Positions 19,398 to 29,208 of a DNA stretch of 59,896 nucleotides are shown here, piece by piece. The stretch is from an uncultured archaeon (lineage in GTDB: Archaea; Iainarchaeota; Iainarchaeia; Iainarchaeales; CAZJHM01), in the NCBI GenBank assembly GCA_964545925.1, contig CAZJHM010000001.1, positions 1 through 59,896 on the forward strand. Reading direction: 5' to 3'. Under the pieces are notes generated by a model. The model worked only from the letters and a program-made list of their open reading frames with translations, ran no database searches and was not told where the DNA came from. Numbering within the stretch: the stretch's first letter is position 1; the number at the start of each line of letters is the position of its first letter. The translations under genes and the position numbers were made by a program.

Positions 19398-19440
19398 AAC
19401 TAAACAAAAAGAATAAATATGCTTCCTTTCATCTATTTAT

Positions 19441-20127
19441 ATGACTGTTAATTTAAGTGAGTTAAACCTGAAAAAAATAGGATTAACTAAATATGAGATA
19501 AATACTATAAATGCAATGCTCAAATTGAAAGAATCAACTCCTCCAAATATAAGCAGAGTTGCAGGAATACCTAAAACAAGAATATATGATGTTTTAGAAA
19601 AACTAGAGGAAGAAGGATTTGTAATGCAAGTCTCAGATAGTCCTAAGATATTTAGATTACATAAAATAAAGGAAGCTTTACAAAAAAGAACAGATGAAAG
19701 AAAAAATGAATTGCAAGAAATAGATGGATTATTAAAACAGTTTTCTGACCCTGACTTAGAAGAAGAAGCTGAACAATTAATTAAATTAAAAACAGAAAGA
19801 GATATGGAAAGAGTCATATTACAAGAATTAGGAAAAGCAAAAGAAGGTGTTGTTGCATTTACTAATTTAAAACCAGGAAATAAAAAAATAATCTCAATTT
19901 TAAAAGAATTAAGTCAGAAAAAAGATGTTAAAGTCATAAATGCAAATAATGAGATGCATGGTTTAAATGCTGTACACAAACCACATGATTTACATGCATA
20001 TATAATTGATGATTCTAGATTGTTAATGGGATTAAATAAAGAACCTAATTATAATTTAGCTGTATTAAACAACAAGCATATGATAAATGCACTTAAATCT
20101 TATTTTGAACAAAATTGGAAAAAATAA
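19441..20127 (+). CDS. TrmB-family transcriptional regulator
   Basis: N-terminal wHTH LTKYEINTINAMLKLKESTPPNISRVAGIPKTRIYDVLEKLEEEGFV. Confidence 0.7.
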   Translation: MTVNLSELNLKKIGLTKYEINTINAMLKLKESTPPNISRVAGIPKTRIYDVLEKLEEEGFVMQVSDSPKIFRLHKIKEALQKRTDERKNELQEIDGLLKQFSDPDLEEEAEQLIKLKTERDMERVILQELGKAKEGVVAFTNLKPGNKKIISILKELSQKKDVKVINANNEMHGLNAVHKPHDLHAYIIDDSRLLMGLNKEPNYNLAVLNNKHMINALKSYFEQNWKK

Positions 20128-21699
20128 TTAAGAATGAGTAAATCTGAAAAATTCAGAATCTTTTTTACAGAACCCATATTTAGAGAAATAGACATATTCT
20201 TTTTGTTTTTCTATGGATTTCTCAGTGTAATATTCTTTCTTTTGGGAATTTTTCTCAAGAATAAAAATTTTCAAAGGCTCAGAAATCCAATCAACAATTA
20301 TTTTTGTGTCTTTTTCTGAAGGTATTGCTTGGCAATTTTTGATTTCAAAATTTCCTAATTCCCTGAACTTGACTAAGCCTTTAGCCTCAGAAGGAATAAA
20401 AACTTTTGAAATTTTATATTTCAAATTATCTTTTTCTATTTTATACTCTTTATCCAGCTGAATTTCACGAATATTTTTAAAAAGAGGGAATCTTTGACAA
20501 CCCTCAATTAAAGAGCGATTGTAGTTTTCAAGTTTAGCTGAATCATAGTTTGCATCAGATGTAGTTGTCCCCATATCTAAAATTAAATGTTTGATTGCTT
20601 CTGGTTTTATTCCTCTTTTTCTTAAAGCCTCTAAAGTCAATAAGCGAGGGTCATCCCAGCCTGTGTATTTGCCTTCTTTTATTCCTTTAAGAATTTCTGA
20701 TTTAGAAATTGGGTATTCTTTGGAAATTATTCTTCCATAATGAATGCAAAAAGGGTATTCCCAATTAAAAATCTTATAAAGGAATTTTTGTTTTGTAGCA
20801 TTTTGTTCATGTTCTTGTCCTCTTATAATCAAAGTTATATCTTCAAACTTATCTTCTAAAGCTGAAGAAAAATTATAAGATGGCCAAATATGTTTGTCTT
20901 TAACAAATGGATGAATTGGATTATCTACTATTTTAGCTAACCACCAATCTCTTACACTTGGATCCTTGTGCTTTAAGTCTGTCTTTAAACGAAGAACTGC
21001 TTCTCCCTCTTTATAAGTATGATTAAGCATCTTAGCAAATTCTTTTTCCTGCTCTTTAGAATTTTTAGAACGACATGGGCAAGGTTCTCCTTTTCTTGTT
21101 AATTCTCTCCATTTTTCAGATTTACATATGCAAACATATGCTTGCCCAAGAGAAACAAGTTTTTGCATATAATCATAATATTTTTCCATATTGTCTGTTG
21201 CAAAATAAAATTTGTCTGGTTTTGTTCCTAACCATTCCAAATTTTCAATAAATATTTTCTTACTGTCTGAAAGTATTTTTTTTATTTTTGGGTCTGTGTC
21301 ATCTAAACGAAGTGTAAACTTACCAGAATATTTACGAGAGTATTCATAACAAAGAATTGCTGCCCTTGCATGTCCTATATGTGGATGAGCACTTGGATTT
21401 GGAGCAAATCTTGTAATTGCTTTTTTTAAGTTTGGGATTTCAGGCAAACCTTCTGGTTTCTCTTGAGGTTTAAGCTCATAATCATTTTCAAACTTTTTGT
21501 ATTCAGATTCAATAATAGAAAAAGAAAGAGAATTTACTTTTTCAACTTGTTCTTTGGAGATTTTTATCAAATTAGAAGCATCTTTTCCATGCAAAGCAAT
21601 TAATTTGCCTACGACTGCTCCTTGGCTAGCTTTTCCTTTATGAAGAAAAGCATTTTTTATGGCATATCTATAAGCATCTTTCTCAATTTTAGAAGGCAT
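20128..21699 (-). CDS. gltX: glutamyl-tRNA synthetase (archaeal type)
   Basis: Class I HIGH motif RFAPNPSAHPHIGHARAA; 523 aa, the size of the archaeal/eukaryal GluRS family. Confidence 0.88.
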   Translation of the reverse strand: MPSKIEKDAYRYAIKNAFLHKGKASQGAVVGKLIALHGKDASNLIKISKEQVEKVNSLSFSIIESEYKKFENDYELKPQEKPEGLPEIPNLKKAITRFAPNPSAHPHIGHARAAILCYEYSRKYSGKFTLRLDDTDPKIKKILSDSKKIFIENLEWLGTKPDKFYFATDNMEKYYDYMQKLVSLGQAYVCICKSEKWRELTRKGEPCPCRSKNSKEQEKEFAKMLNHTYKEGEAVLRLKTDLKHKDPSVRDWWLAKIVDNPIHPFVKDKHIWPSYNFSSALEDKFEDITLIIRGQEHEQNATKQKFLYKIFNWEYPFCIHYGRIISKEYPISKSEILKGIKEGKYTGWDDPRLLTLEALRKRGIKPEAIKHLILDMGTTTSDANYDSAKLENYNRSLIEGCQRFPLFKNIREIQLDKEYKIEKDNLKYKISKVFIPSEAKGLVKFRELGNFEIKNCQAIPSEKDTKIIVDWISEPLKIFILEKNSQKKEYYTEKSIEKQKEYVYFSKYGFCKKDSEFFRFTHS

Positions 21700-21756
21700 A
21701 AAATAATAAGCAAAGACAATAAATTAAACCTTTTGTTAGAGAAAAAGACAATAAAA

Positions 21757-21772
21757 AACCTTTTTAAAGGTT
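21757..21772. promoter_or_regulatory. palindromic TATA-like element in the gltX / rpl7ae divergent intergenic region
   Basis: AACCTTT-TT-AAAGGTT, a perfect 7-bp inverted repeat around TTTTTAAA. It lies between divergent genes. Function is inferred. Confidence 0.35.
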
Positions 21773-21843
21773 GTGAAGAAGAAGTTTATTAATCAATAAT
21801 CTAATTTTGGATTATTGCCTATGACTTTAAGGAGGTAATAAAA

Positions 21844-22194
21844 ATGGCTATGTCTGAGAACATGGTTAAGGAACAAATTAATCTTTTAACTAGTATAAAA
21901 CAAAAAAGAGGAAAAATAAAGATTGGTGTTAATGAGGTAACCAAAACAATTGAAAGAGGAAGTGCTAAATTTGTTGTTATAGCAGATGATGTAAATCCTA
22001 AAGAACTTGTTGCTCATTTGCCAATAATAGCAAAAGAAAAAGGAATTGCTATTTCACACACACCTGCAAAGGAAGATTTGGGAAAGGCAGTTGGACTAAA
22101 AGTAGGTACTTCAGCTATTGCTATTGTAGATGAAGGAGAAAATAAAGCTGAGCTCCAAAAATTTATTGAAAAGCTCAAAGCAATGAAAGAGTGA
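21844..22194 (+). CDS. rpl7ae: 50S ribosomal protein L7Ae (K-turn binding)
   Basis: GVNEVTKTIERGSAKFVVIADDVNPKELVAHLP; AAGGAGGT SD upstream. Confidence 0.94.
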   Translation: MAMSENMVKEQINLLTSIKQKRGKIKIGVNEVTKTIERGSAKFVVIADDVNPKELVAHLPIIAKEKGIAISHTPAKEDLGKAVGLKVGTSAIAIVDEGENKAELQKFIEKLKAMKE

Positions 22195-22199
22195 TGTAA

Positions 22200-22415
22200 A
22201 TGGCAGACGAAAGAGGAACTCCTGCAGAAGTTGTTGAAATAATAAAAAGAACAGGAGTGCATGGAGAAATAACCCAAGTTCTTTGTAAGATTCTCGAAGG
22301 AAGAGAAGAAGGCAGAGTAAAAAGAAGAAATGTTAAAGGTTTAGTAAAAAATGGAGATATAATTATTCTCTTGAATACTGAACACGAAGCAAAGGACATA
22401 AAGGGAGGAAGATAA
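22200..22415 (+). CDS. rps28e: 30S ribosomal protein S28e (eS28)
   Basis: [29 protein letters not shown]...RNVKG. Confidence 0.93.
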   Translation: MADERGTPAEVVEIIKRTGVHGEITQVLCKILEGREEGRVKRRNVKGLVKNGDIIILLNTEHEAKDIKGGR

Positions 22416-22416
22416 A

Positions 22417-22692
22417 ATGGAATGTACTTTCTGTAAAGAAAACATAAAACCTGGAACAGGGCTTATTTATGTCAAAAAAGAAGGAGCTGTTTTTTATTTT
22501 TGTTCTAAAAAATGCGAAAGAAACCTTTTGAACCTAAGAAGAAATCCTGCAAAACTCAAATGGATAAAAAAAGAAGAAAAAATAAAAAGAGAAAAAGAAG
22601 AAGTAATAGAAAAGAAAAGAGAAAGAAAAACAAAAGATAAGACAAAAACAAGAAAAAGAAGAGAAAGACAAAAGGTGAAAAAAAGTGAGTGA
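22417..22692 (+). CDS. rpl24e: 50S ribosomal protein L24e (eL24) with basic tail
   Basis: CTFCKENIKPGTGLIYVKKEGAVFYFCSKKCERN. Confidence 0.92.
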   Translation: MECTFCKENIKPGTGLIYVKKEGAVFYFCSKKCERNLLNLRRNPAKLKWIKKEEKIKREKEEVIEKKRERKTKDKTKTRKRRERQKVKKSE

Positions 22693-23104
22693 AAAGACTC
22701 TTGTTATAATAAAACCAGATGCAATGGGAAGAAAAATTGCTGGAAGAGTTATCTCAAGAATAGAAGACAAAGGCTTGAGAATAATTGGAGCAAAAATGAT
22801 GCATTTGGATGACGAGATTCTTGGAAAACACTATGCAGAACATAAAGAGAAACCTTTCTATGGAAAATTGGTGGGGTTTATGAAAACCCTACCTGTTATT
22901 GTTTTTGTTATAGAAGGGGAGAGAGCTATAGATGTAATGAGAAAACTTGCTGGTCCGACCTATGGAGTAGAAGCCCCAGCAGGAACAATTAGAGGAGATT
23001 TTGCTTTAAATGTGACTGAGAGTATTGTACATGCAAGCGACTCAAAAGAAAGTGCTGAAAGAGAAATAAAAATATTCTTCAAAAAAGAGGAGATATTTGA
23101 ATAA
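22685..23104 (+). CDS. ndk: nucleoside diphosphate kinase
   Basis: EKTLVIIKPDAMGR...GTIRGDFA...VHASDS motifs; GTG start. Confidence 0.92.
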   Translation: MSEKTLVIIKPDAMGRKIAGRVISRIEDKGLRIIGAKMMHLDDEILGKHYAEHKEKPFYGKLVGFMKTLPVIVFVIEGERAIDVMRKLAGPTYGVEAPAGTIRGDFALNVTESIVHASDSKESAEREIKIFFKKEEIFE

Positions 23105-24860
23105 GTGGAGTTTGAGAAGAGTGATCAGACAACCAATAATAACTGTTTTAGGGCATGTTGACCATGGTAAAACTCTTCTCTTAGACAGAATAAGAGGAAC
23201 AACAGTTGCAGAAAAAGAAGCTGGAGCAATTACTCAACATATAGGAGCAACGGAAATCCCAGCTGAGATAATTCAAAAAATATCAGGGGAATTATTAAAA
23301 AAATATAATTTTCAATTAGGAATTCCTGGATTGTTGTTTATTGATACACCTGGACACGAAGCATTCACAAGTTTAAGAACAAGAGGAGGAAGTATTGCTG
23401 ATTTAGCTATATTAGTAATAGATATAAATCAAGGAATACAAAAACAAACAAAAGAAGCAATTGAAATCTTGAAAAATTTCAAGACTCCTTTTATAATTGC
23501 AGTAAATAAAATAGACAAAATATATGGATGGAAAACATCAAAAGGAAGTTTTAGTGAAAATGAAGAAAAGCAAACAGAAGATGCAAAGCAAATAATGGAA
23601 GAAAAAATATATAGATTAGTTGGAGAAATTTATAATTTAGGATTTAATTCTGAAAGATTTGATAGATGCAAAGATTTTACAAAAGAAATATCTATTGTTC
23701 CTGTATCTGCAATGTCTGGAGAAGGGTTTCCTGAACTTTTAATGTTGATTACAGGATTAAGTCAAAAATTTCTAAAAGAAAATTTAAACATAAAAGAAGA
23801 TGAAAAAGGAAAAGGGACTATTTTGGAAGTAAAAGAAGAAAGGGGAATGGGAACAACAATTGATGTTATTCTTTATTCTGGGAAAATTAAAACAAATGAT
23901 AAAATCGGAGTTATAACACACAGCGGAGTTAAAGAAACTAAAATAAGAGCATTATTAAAACCTAAAGCAATGGAAGAAATGAGACTAACAAAAGAAAGGT
24001 TTCAAAGAGTTGAAGAAGTTCAAGCAGCAAGTGGAATAAAAATATCTGCCCCTGATTTAGAAGGAGTTATTGCTGGTTCTCCTTTGATTGTTATTAAAAC
24101 AGGAAAAGAAATTGAAGAACTTAAAAAAGAAATGAAGGATATAAAGATAAATACAGAACAAGAAGGAGTAATAATTAAAGCAGATACTTTAGGTTCTTTG
24201 GAAGCAATGATTGTGCTAATTAAAGAAAAAGGAATACATATAGCAAAAGCAGATATTGGAGAGATAACAAAAAAAGATGTATTGGAAGCTAAAATAATAA
24301 AGGAAAAAAACTACTACAATGGGATAATACTTGGATTTAATGTAAAAGTAGATTTGGTTGCTTTGGAAGAAGCTGGAAAAAATGATATTAAAATCTTTCA
24401 GGATAATGTGATATATAAGATACTAGAAGACTATGATATCTGGTATTCAAAAGAAAAAGAAAGAGAAAAAATAAGGATAATTGATGAAATTGGATATCCT
24501 TGTAAAATGAGATTTTTAGAAGGGTGTTGTTTTAGAAATTGCAAACCTGCAATTATAGGAATAAGAATTTTAGAGGGAAAATTAAAAAAAGGAATTAAAA
24601 TAATGAATAAAGAAAAAGAAGAAATAGGAGAAGTAAAGGAAATACAAGCAAATGGTAAAGATATAGAAGAAGCTATTGAAGGACAAGAAGTTGCAATCTC
24701 AATAGACAATGGGAATATAGGAAAGAACTTAAAAGAGAATGAGGTTCTATATACATATATATCCCTAAAAGATTTAGTTAAGCTTGAACAAATCAAGGAA
24801 CATTTGGATAAAGAAGTTTATCCTGTTTTGGAGGAAATAAAAAAAATAATAAGGAGTTGA
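23097..24860 (+). CDS. infB: translation initiation factor aIF5B (IF-2 family GTPase)
   Basis: PIITVLGHVDHGKTLLLDRIRGT, DTPGHEAF, NKID motifs. The true start may be the TTG at 23112 or the GTG at 23121. Confidence 0.93.
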   Translation: MNKWSLRRVIRQPIITVLGHVDHGKTLLLDRIRGTTVAEKEAGAITQHIGATEIPAEIIQKISGELLKKYNFQLGIPGLLFIDTPGHEAFTSLRTRGGSIADLAILVIDINQGIQKQTKEAIEILKNFKTPFIIAVNKIDKIYGWKTSKGSFSENEEKQTEDAKQIMEEKIYRLVGEIYNLGFNSERFDRCKDFTKEISIVPVSAMSGEGFPELLMLITGLSQKFLKENLNIKEDEKGKGTILEVKEERGMGTTIDVILYSGKIKTNDKIGVITHSGVKETKIRALLKPKAMEEMRLTKERFQRVEEVQAASGIKISAPDLEGVIAGSPLIVIKTGKEIEELKKEMKDIKINTEQEGVIIKADTLGSLEAMIVLIKEKGIHIAKADIGEITKKDVLEAKIIKEKNYYNGIILGFNVKVDLVALEEAGKNDIKIFQDNVIYKILEDYDIWYSKEKEREKIRIIDEIGYPCKMRFLEGCCFRNCKPAIIGIRILEGKLKKGIKIMNKEKEEIGEVKEIQANGKDIEEAIEGQEVAISIDNGNIGKNLKENEVLYTYISLKDLVKLEQIKEHLDKEVYPVLEEIKKIIRS

Positions 24861-24866
24861 TAAATA

Positions 24867-25247
24867 ATGAAAATAATTGTTTCAGACCCAAAAACAAAAA
24901 AGGCTTATCAGTTTACATCTGACCAGTCCTCCTTTATAGGAAAAAGAATAGGGGACAAGGTTCAGTTGGATTCTCTTGGCCTAAGTGGATATGAAGGAGA
25001 AATAAGAGGAGGTTCAGATAAACAAGGGTTTCCAATGAAACCAAGTTTAGATGGGACTATGAGAAAAAAAATCCTAATGGGAAAAGGAATAGGATTAAGG
25101 AAAACAGAAAAAGGAGAAAGAACAAGGAAAAATGTTAGAGGAAACAATATAAGTTCCGAAATTGAACAAATAAATGTAAAGATAATAAAACAAGGTTCAG
25201 TTTCAATTGAAGAAGTTGCTCCTAAAAAGGAAGAGGAAAAGAAATGA
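24867..25247 (+). CDS. rps6e: 30S ribosomal protein S6e (eS6)
   Basis: MKIIVSDPKTKKAYQF...RGGSDKQGFPM. Confidence 0.92.
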   Translation: MKIIVSDPKTKKAYQFTSDQSSFIGKRIGDKVQLDSLGLSGYEGEIRGGSDKQGFPMKPSLDGTMRKKILMGKGIGLRKTEKGERTRKNVRGNNISSEIEQINVKIIKQGSVSIEEVAPKKEEEKK

Positions 25248-26407
25248 GTCAGGCTGAAATAAACATAGGAATGATTGGACATGTGGACCATGGAAAAACC
25301 ACATTAACTCAAGCTATAAGTGGAAAATGGACAGATACTTATAGTGAAGAAATCAAAAGAGGAATCTCAATAAGATTAGGGTATGCGGATGTAGAAATAC
25401 ATAGATGTTCAGGGTGTAAAACACTCTACACCAATAAGAAATCTTGCCCTGTTTGTGGAAAAAAAGGAAAATTGGAAAGAATAATTTCAATTGTTGATGC
25501 TCCAGGACACGAAACTTTGATGACTACTATGTTATCAGGAGCAGCAATAATGGATGCAGCTATATTAGTCATATCTGCAAATGAGAAATGCCCACAACCA
25601 CAAACAAAAGAACATCTTTTGGCTATCAAACTTGCTGGAATCAAGAAAATAATCATTGCTCAGACAAAGGTTGATTTAGTAACTGAGGAAAAAGCATTAG
25701 CTAACAAGAAAGATATTGAAAAATTTCTAGAAGAAAATGATTACAAGGCAAAGATAATTCCTGTGGTTGCTCCCTTTAACATAAATATAGATGTATTATT
25801 AGAAACAATTCAAAATGAGATACCTACTATTGAAAGAGATAAAAACAAACCTTTGCAAATGTATGCAATAAGAAGTTTTGATGTTAATAAACCAGGAATA
25901 AAAATAAAAGATATGAAAGGGGGGGTTATTGGTGGAGCAATATTGCATGGAGAATTAAAAGAAGGAGATTTATTAGATATGGTTCCAGGACTAAATGAAG
26001 ATATAACAGAAATAAAAGCAATTTCTCTTTCTGCATCCGGAGGAAAACTGAAAAATGCAGTAGCTGGGGGTTTGATAGCAATTGGAACTGAGATAGACCC
26101 AAGCTTTTCACAAGGAGATAGACTAAAAGGAGTTATTCTAGGAAAAAAAGGTTCATTACCAGAACCAAAAAGTAATCTGGAATTAGAATATACTGATTTA
26201 GGAAGAACTGAAGAACTAAGAACAAATGAAACTATTGTAATTACTGTTGGAGCTTTGGTAACAACTGCTTTGGTTACTGAATACACTAAAAAGAAAATTA
26301 AATTAAATGCAAGACAAAAACTATGTTTTAAAAAAGGGCAAAAAATAGCTATAAGCAAAAAAACAGGAAATAGATGGGCTTTGGCTGGCTATGGTGTAGT
26401 TATATGA
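25244..26407 (+). CDS. translation initiation factor aIF2 gamma subunit
   Basis: NIGMIGHVDHGKTTL, zinc ribbon CSGC...CPVCG, DAPGHE, QTKVD. Confidence 0.94.
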   Translation: MSQAEINIGMIGHVDHGKTTLTQAISGKWTDTYSEEIKRGISIRLGYADVEIHRCSGCKTLYTNKKSCPVCGKKGKLERIISIVDAPGHETLMTTMLSGAAIMDAAILVISANEKCPQPQTKEHLLAIKLAGIKKIIIAQTKVDLVTEEKALANKKDIEKFLEENDYKAKIIPVVAPFNINIDVLLETIQNEIPTIERDKNKPLQMYAIRSFDVNKPGIKIKDMKGGVIGGAILHGELKEGDLLDMVPGLNEDITEIKAISLSASGGKLKNAVAGGLIAIGTEIDPSFSQGDRLKGVILGKKGSLPEPKSNLELEYTDLGRTEELRTNETIVITVGALVTTALVTEYTKKKIKLNARQKLCFKKGQKIAISKKTGNRWALAGYGVVI

Positions 26408-26778
26408 AATTTATAATTGATACAAATGTGTTGGTTTATATGGTTAAAGAAAAAAGAGATATATTTAAGCAGATATTTGAAAATTACGGGGAAAAAAGCG
26501 AAATATATATTCTGGAAGAAGCTGAAAAAGAACTGGCTATTCTAGAAAAAAGAAAAGTAGTGAAAACCAATGTTTTAAAAAGTATACTCCGCAAATACAA
26601 TATAGGGAAAACATCATTTTCTCTTAAAAAAGCTGACTCTCAGTTAATAGAGGCAGCAAAAAATAATTATATTATAATTACAAATGACCGTGCTCTTCAA
26701 AAAGAAATAAAAGAGAATGGGGGAAGATTTTTAGTTTTTGGTAAAAAAGGTTTAATGAATATTGATGAGGTGCTCTGA
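26404..26778 (+). CDS. PIN-domain protein (conserved neighbour of aIF2-gamma and rpoE)
   Basis: MKFIIDTNVLVYM...IITNDRALQKE. The ATG at 26404 overlaps the upstream stop; the track ORF starts at 26374. Confidence 0.75.
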   Translation: MKFIIDTNVLVYMVKEKRDIFKQIFENYGEKSEIYILEEAEKELAILEKRKVVKTNVLKSILRKYNIGKTSFSLKKADSQLIEAAKNNYIIITNDRALQKEIKENGGRFLVFGKKGLMNIDEVL

Positions 26779-27368
26779 TGTATTATTATGTAAAGATAAA
26801 AGAAAAAGTTGGGATACACCCAAAGTTTATAAAAAGTGATTTAAAGCAGTCAACTTTAGATGCTTTAAGAGAACAATATGACGGAACAATTGTACCAAAT
26901 ATAGGGTTGGTTGTTTCAGTTGATTCTGTTGATAAAATAGGAGACGGAAAAATTGTTCCAGGAGATGCAAATATTTATTACACAGCAGAGGCAGGATTAA
27001 TTGTTTATGAGCCTAAGATTCATGAAACAGTTGAAGCAACTATTTCAGATATAGTTGAATTTGGGGCTTTTGCCAAAATTGGACCTGTTGAAGGATTAGT
27101 TCATGTAAGTCAAATAATGGAAGATTTCATTAATTATGATGCTAAACAAGCCGCATTTGTTGGTAAAAAAACCAAAAAGAAATTAATGGCAAAAGATAAT
27201 GTTATTGCAAAAATTGTAACTGTATCTATGAAAGGAAATACATCTGGTTCAAAGATTGGACTAACAATGAGACAAAATGCTTTAGGAAAAGAAGAATGGA
27301 TGAGTCAAGATGCAAAAGAAAAAAGAGACACAACAAAGAAAACAAAAAAGAAAGGCGGTAAAAAATGA
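26778..27368 (+). CDS. rpoE: DNA-directed RNA polymerase subunit E (Rpo7) with S1 domain
   Basis: Size and S1-like segment VEATISDIVEFGAFAKIGPVEGLVHVSQI; synteny. Confidence 0.88.
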   Translation: MYYYVKIKEKVGIHPKFIKSDLKQSTLDALREQYDGTIVPNIGLVVSVDSVDKIGDGKIVPGDANIYYTAEAGLIVYEPKIHETVEATISDIVEFGAFAKIGPVEGLVHVSQIMEDFINYDAKQAAFVGKKTKKKLMAKDNVIAKIVTVSMKGNTSGSKIGLTMRQNALGKEEWMSQDAKEKRDTTKKTKKKGGKK

Positions 27369-27562
27369 GTAAAGAAAAAGCATGTAAGATTTGCAGAAGA
27401 GTCTTGGAAGAAGAAGAAAAAAAGTGTCCAATATGTGGAGAAAATCAGACAACAAGTTTATGGTCAGGTTATATCTATATAATAGATACTGAAAAAAGTG
27501 ATATAGCAAAAAAAATGAAAATTGCTAGTCCAGGAAAATATGCAATAAAGCTTAATAGGTGA
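27365..27562 (+). CDS. spt4: transcription elongation factor Spt4 (RpoE'')
   Basis: CKICRRV...CPICG zinc ribbon followed by WSGYIYIID. Confidence 0.88.
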   Translation: MSKEKACKICRRVLEEEEKKCPICGENQTTSLWSGYIYIIDTEKSDIAKKMKIASPGKYAIKLNR

Positions 27563-27566
27563 TAAT

Positions 27567-27869
27567 ATGCAATTAAAAGAAATAAAAGTAACAAATAACA
27601 AAATTTTGAATAGAAAAGAATTGATTTTAGAGACAGAAGGAAAAATAGTTCCTGATAGAAAAAAAACAATTGAGGCAATATCTCTACATTATAATACTAG
27701 TAAAGATAAAATTTCATTAGATAAGATTGATGCAAGTTATGGAAACAACAAAATAAAGATAAATGCAAAAATTTATGGTTCTGCTGAAGAACTTAACAGA
27801 ATTGAGAATAAATATTTGGCAAAAAGAATAAAAGGTGAAAAAGATGGCAAAGAAGAAGGGAAAGACTGA
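27567..27869 (+). CDS. rps24e: 30S ribosomal protein S24e (eS24)
   Basis: [14 protein letters not shown]...; synteny; AGGTGA upstream. Confidence 0.88.
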   Translation: MQLKEIKVTNNKILNRKELILETEGKIVPDRKKTIEAISLHYNTSKDKISLDKIDASYGNNKIKINAKIYGSAEELNRIENKYLAKRIKGEKDGKEEGKD

Positions 27870-28056
27870 GAGAAAAGGTAAAAAGCAAAGAAAGATACAT
27901 GCAAAACCAAGTAAATCAAAACATTATAAAGTTTCTGGAGATTCAATAACAAGAACAAACAGAGCTTGTGCCAAATGTGGAGCCGGAGTATTTATGGCTA
28001 GCCATAAAGACAGATGGACATGTGGTGCTTGCGGATATACAGAAATGAAAAAATAA
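27844..28056 (+). CDS. rps27ae: 30S ribosomal protein S27ae (eS31)
   Basis: [26 protein letters not shown] zinc ribbon. ATG at 27844 after AAGGTGA; the track uses the GTG at 27835. Confidence 0.9.
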   Translation: MAKKKGKTERKGKKQRKIHAKPSKSKHYKVSGDSITRTNRACAKCGAGVFMASHKDRWTCGACGYTEMKK

Positions 28057-28068
28057 TTTTTTCTTTTT
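28057..28068 (+). terminator. oligo-T archaeal terminator candidate after rps27ae
   Basis: TTTTTTCTTTTT directly after the stop codon, followed by a 120-nt gap before kae1. Confidence 0.5.
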
Positions 28069-28179
28069 GGGAAAATTTTATTAAAAAAATATTCTTCTTA
28101 GGTTAATTAAAAAAAAGAGTTATGTAAGAAGATTCTACATAAAAAGAAGAGTTTTAAACTTACAGATTCTAAGAAAGAT

Positions 28180-29208
28180 ATGATTGCTTTAGGAATTGAA
28201 TCAACTGCTCACACAATTGGAATAGGAATTGTACAAGACAAAAAAATCTTGGCTAATTGTAAAAGACAATTTAAAACAAAACAAGGCGGAATAAAACCAA
28301 GAGAAGCAGCAGACTTTATTTTGGAAAATTTCAAAGAAGTTTTAGAAGAAGCATTGGAAAAAGCAAAAGTAGAAATAAAAGATATTGATGTAATTGGGTT
28401 TGCTAAAGGTCCTGGACTAGGCCCTTGTTTAGATAATGGGGCTGTCGGAGCTCGCACTTTGGCTTTGGAATATAAAAAACCATTAATTGGAGTAAATCAT
28501 GCAATTGCTCATTTAGAAATTGGAAAATTAGATACTGGTGCTAAAAATCCAATCTTTGTTTATGCAAGTGGAGCAAATACCCAAATAATTGGATATTACA
28601 AAAAAAAATACAGAGTTTATGGGGAAACATTAGATATTGGAATTGGGAATATGCTTGATATGTATGGGAGATATTTAGGACTAGGTTTTCCAGCTGGCCC
28701 AGAGATAGACAAATTGTATTTTCAAGGAAAAAAGTATATTCAAATGCCATATACTATAAAAGGAATGGATTTGAATTTCAGTGGGTTATTAACTTCTGCA
28801 CAAGGAAAAAAAGGAACAAAAGAAGACTTAGCATATAGTGTAATGCATACTGCTTTTGCAATGCTTACAGAAGTAACTGAAAGAGCATTAGCCCATACTG
28901 GAAAAAAAGAAGTTTTAGTAATTGGAGGAGTAGCTTCAAGCAAGGCTCTAAAAGAAATGATGGAAAAAATGTGTGAAGAAAGAAAAGCCAAGGCTTTCTT
29001 CCCTAAAAAGGAAGTTTGTGTGGATAATGGAGCAATGATAGCTTATTTAACTTTGTTGATGAAAAAAGCAGGAGTAAAACAAACAATAAAGCAAACAGAA
29101 ACAAACCAGAATTTCAGAATAGACTATGAGGATATTTCTTGGATAAATGATCAGAAATATAATAAAGAGGAAAGCCAATCAAAGTTAAAATTGAAATATA
29201 AAAAATAG
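28180..29208 (+). CDS. kae1: tRNA N6-adenosine threonylcarbamoyltransferase Kae1
   Basis: MIALGIESTAHTIGIGIV..., NHAIAHLE, VIGGVASS motifs. The C-terminal ~30 aa overlap the convergent permease gene. Confidence 0.92.
   Translation: MIALGIESTAHTIGIGIVQDKKILANCKRQFKTKQGGIKPREAADFILENFKEVLEEALEKAKVEIKDIDVIGFAKGPGLGPCLDNGAVGARTLALEYKKPLIGVNHAIAHLEIGKLDTGAKNPIFVYASGANTQIIGYYKKKYRVYGETLDIGIGNMLDMYGRYLGLGFPAGPEIDKLYFQGKKYIQMPYTIKGMDLNFSGLLTSAQGKKGTKEDLAYSVMHTAFAMLTEVTERALAHTGKKEVLVIGGVASSKALKEMMEKMCEERKAKAFFPKKEVCVDNGAMIAYLTLLMKKAGVKQTIKQTETNQNFRIDYEDISWINDQKYNKEESQSKLKLKYKK

Noticed and set aside
28100-28140. Short hairpin (TTATGTA...TACATAA) upstream of kae1
   Set aside because: An AT-only 7-bp stem in AT-rich DNA is expected by chance, and there is no supporting context.
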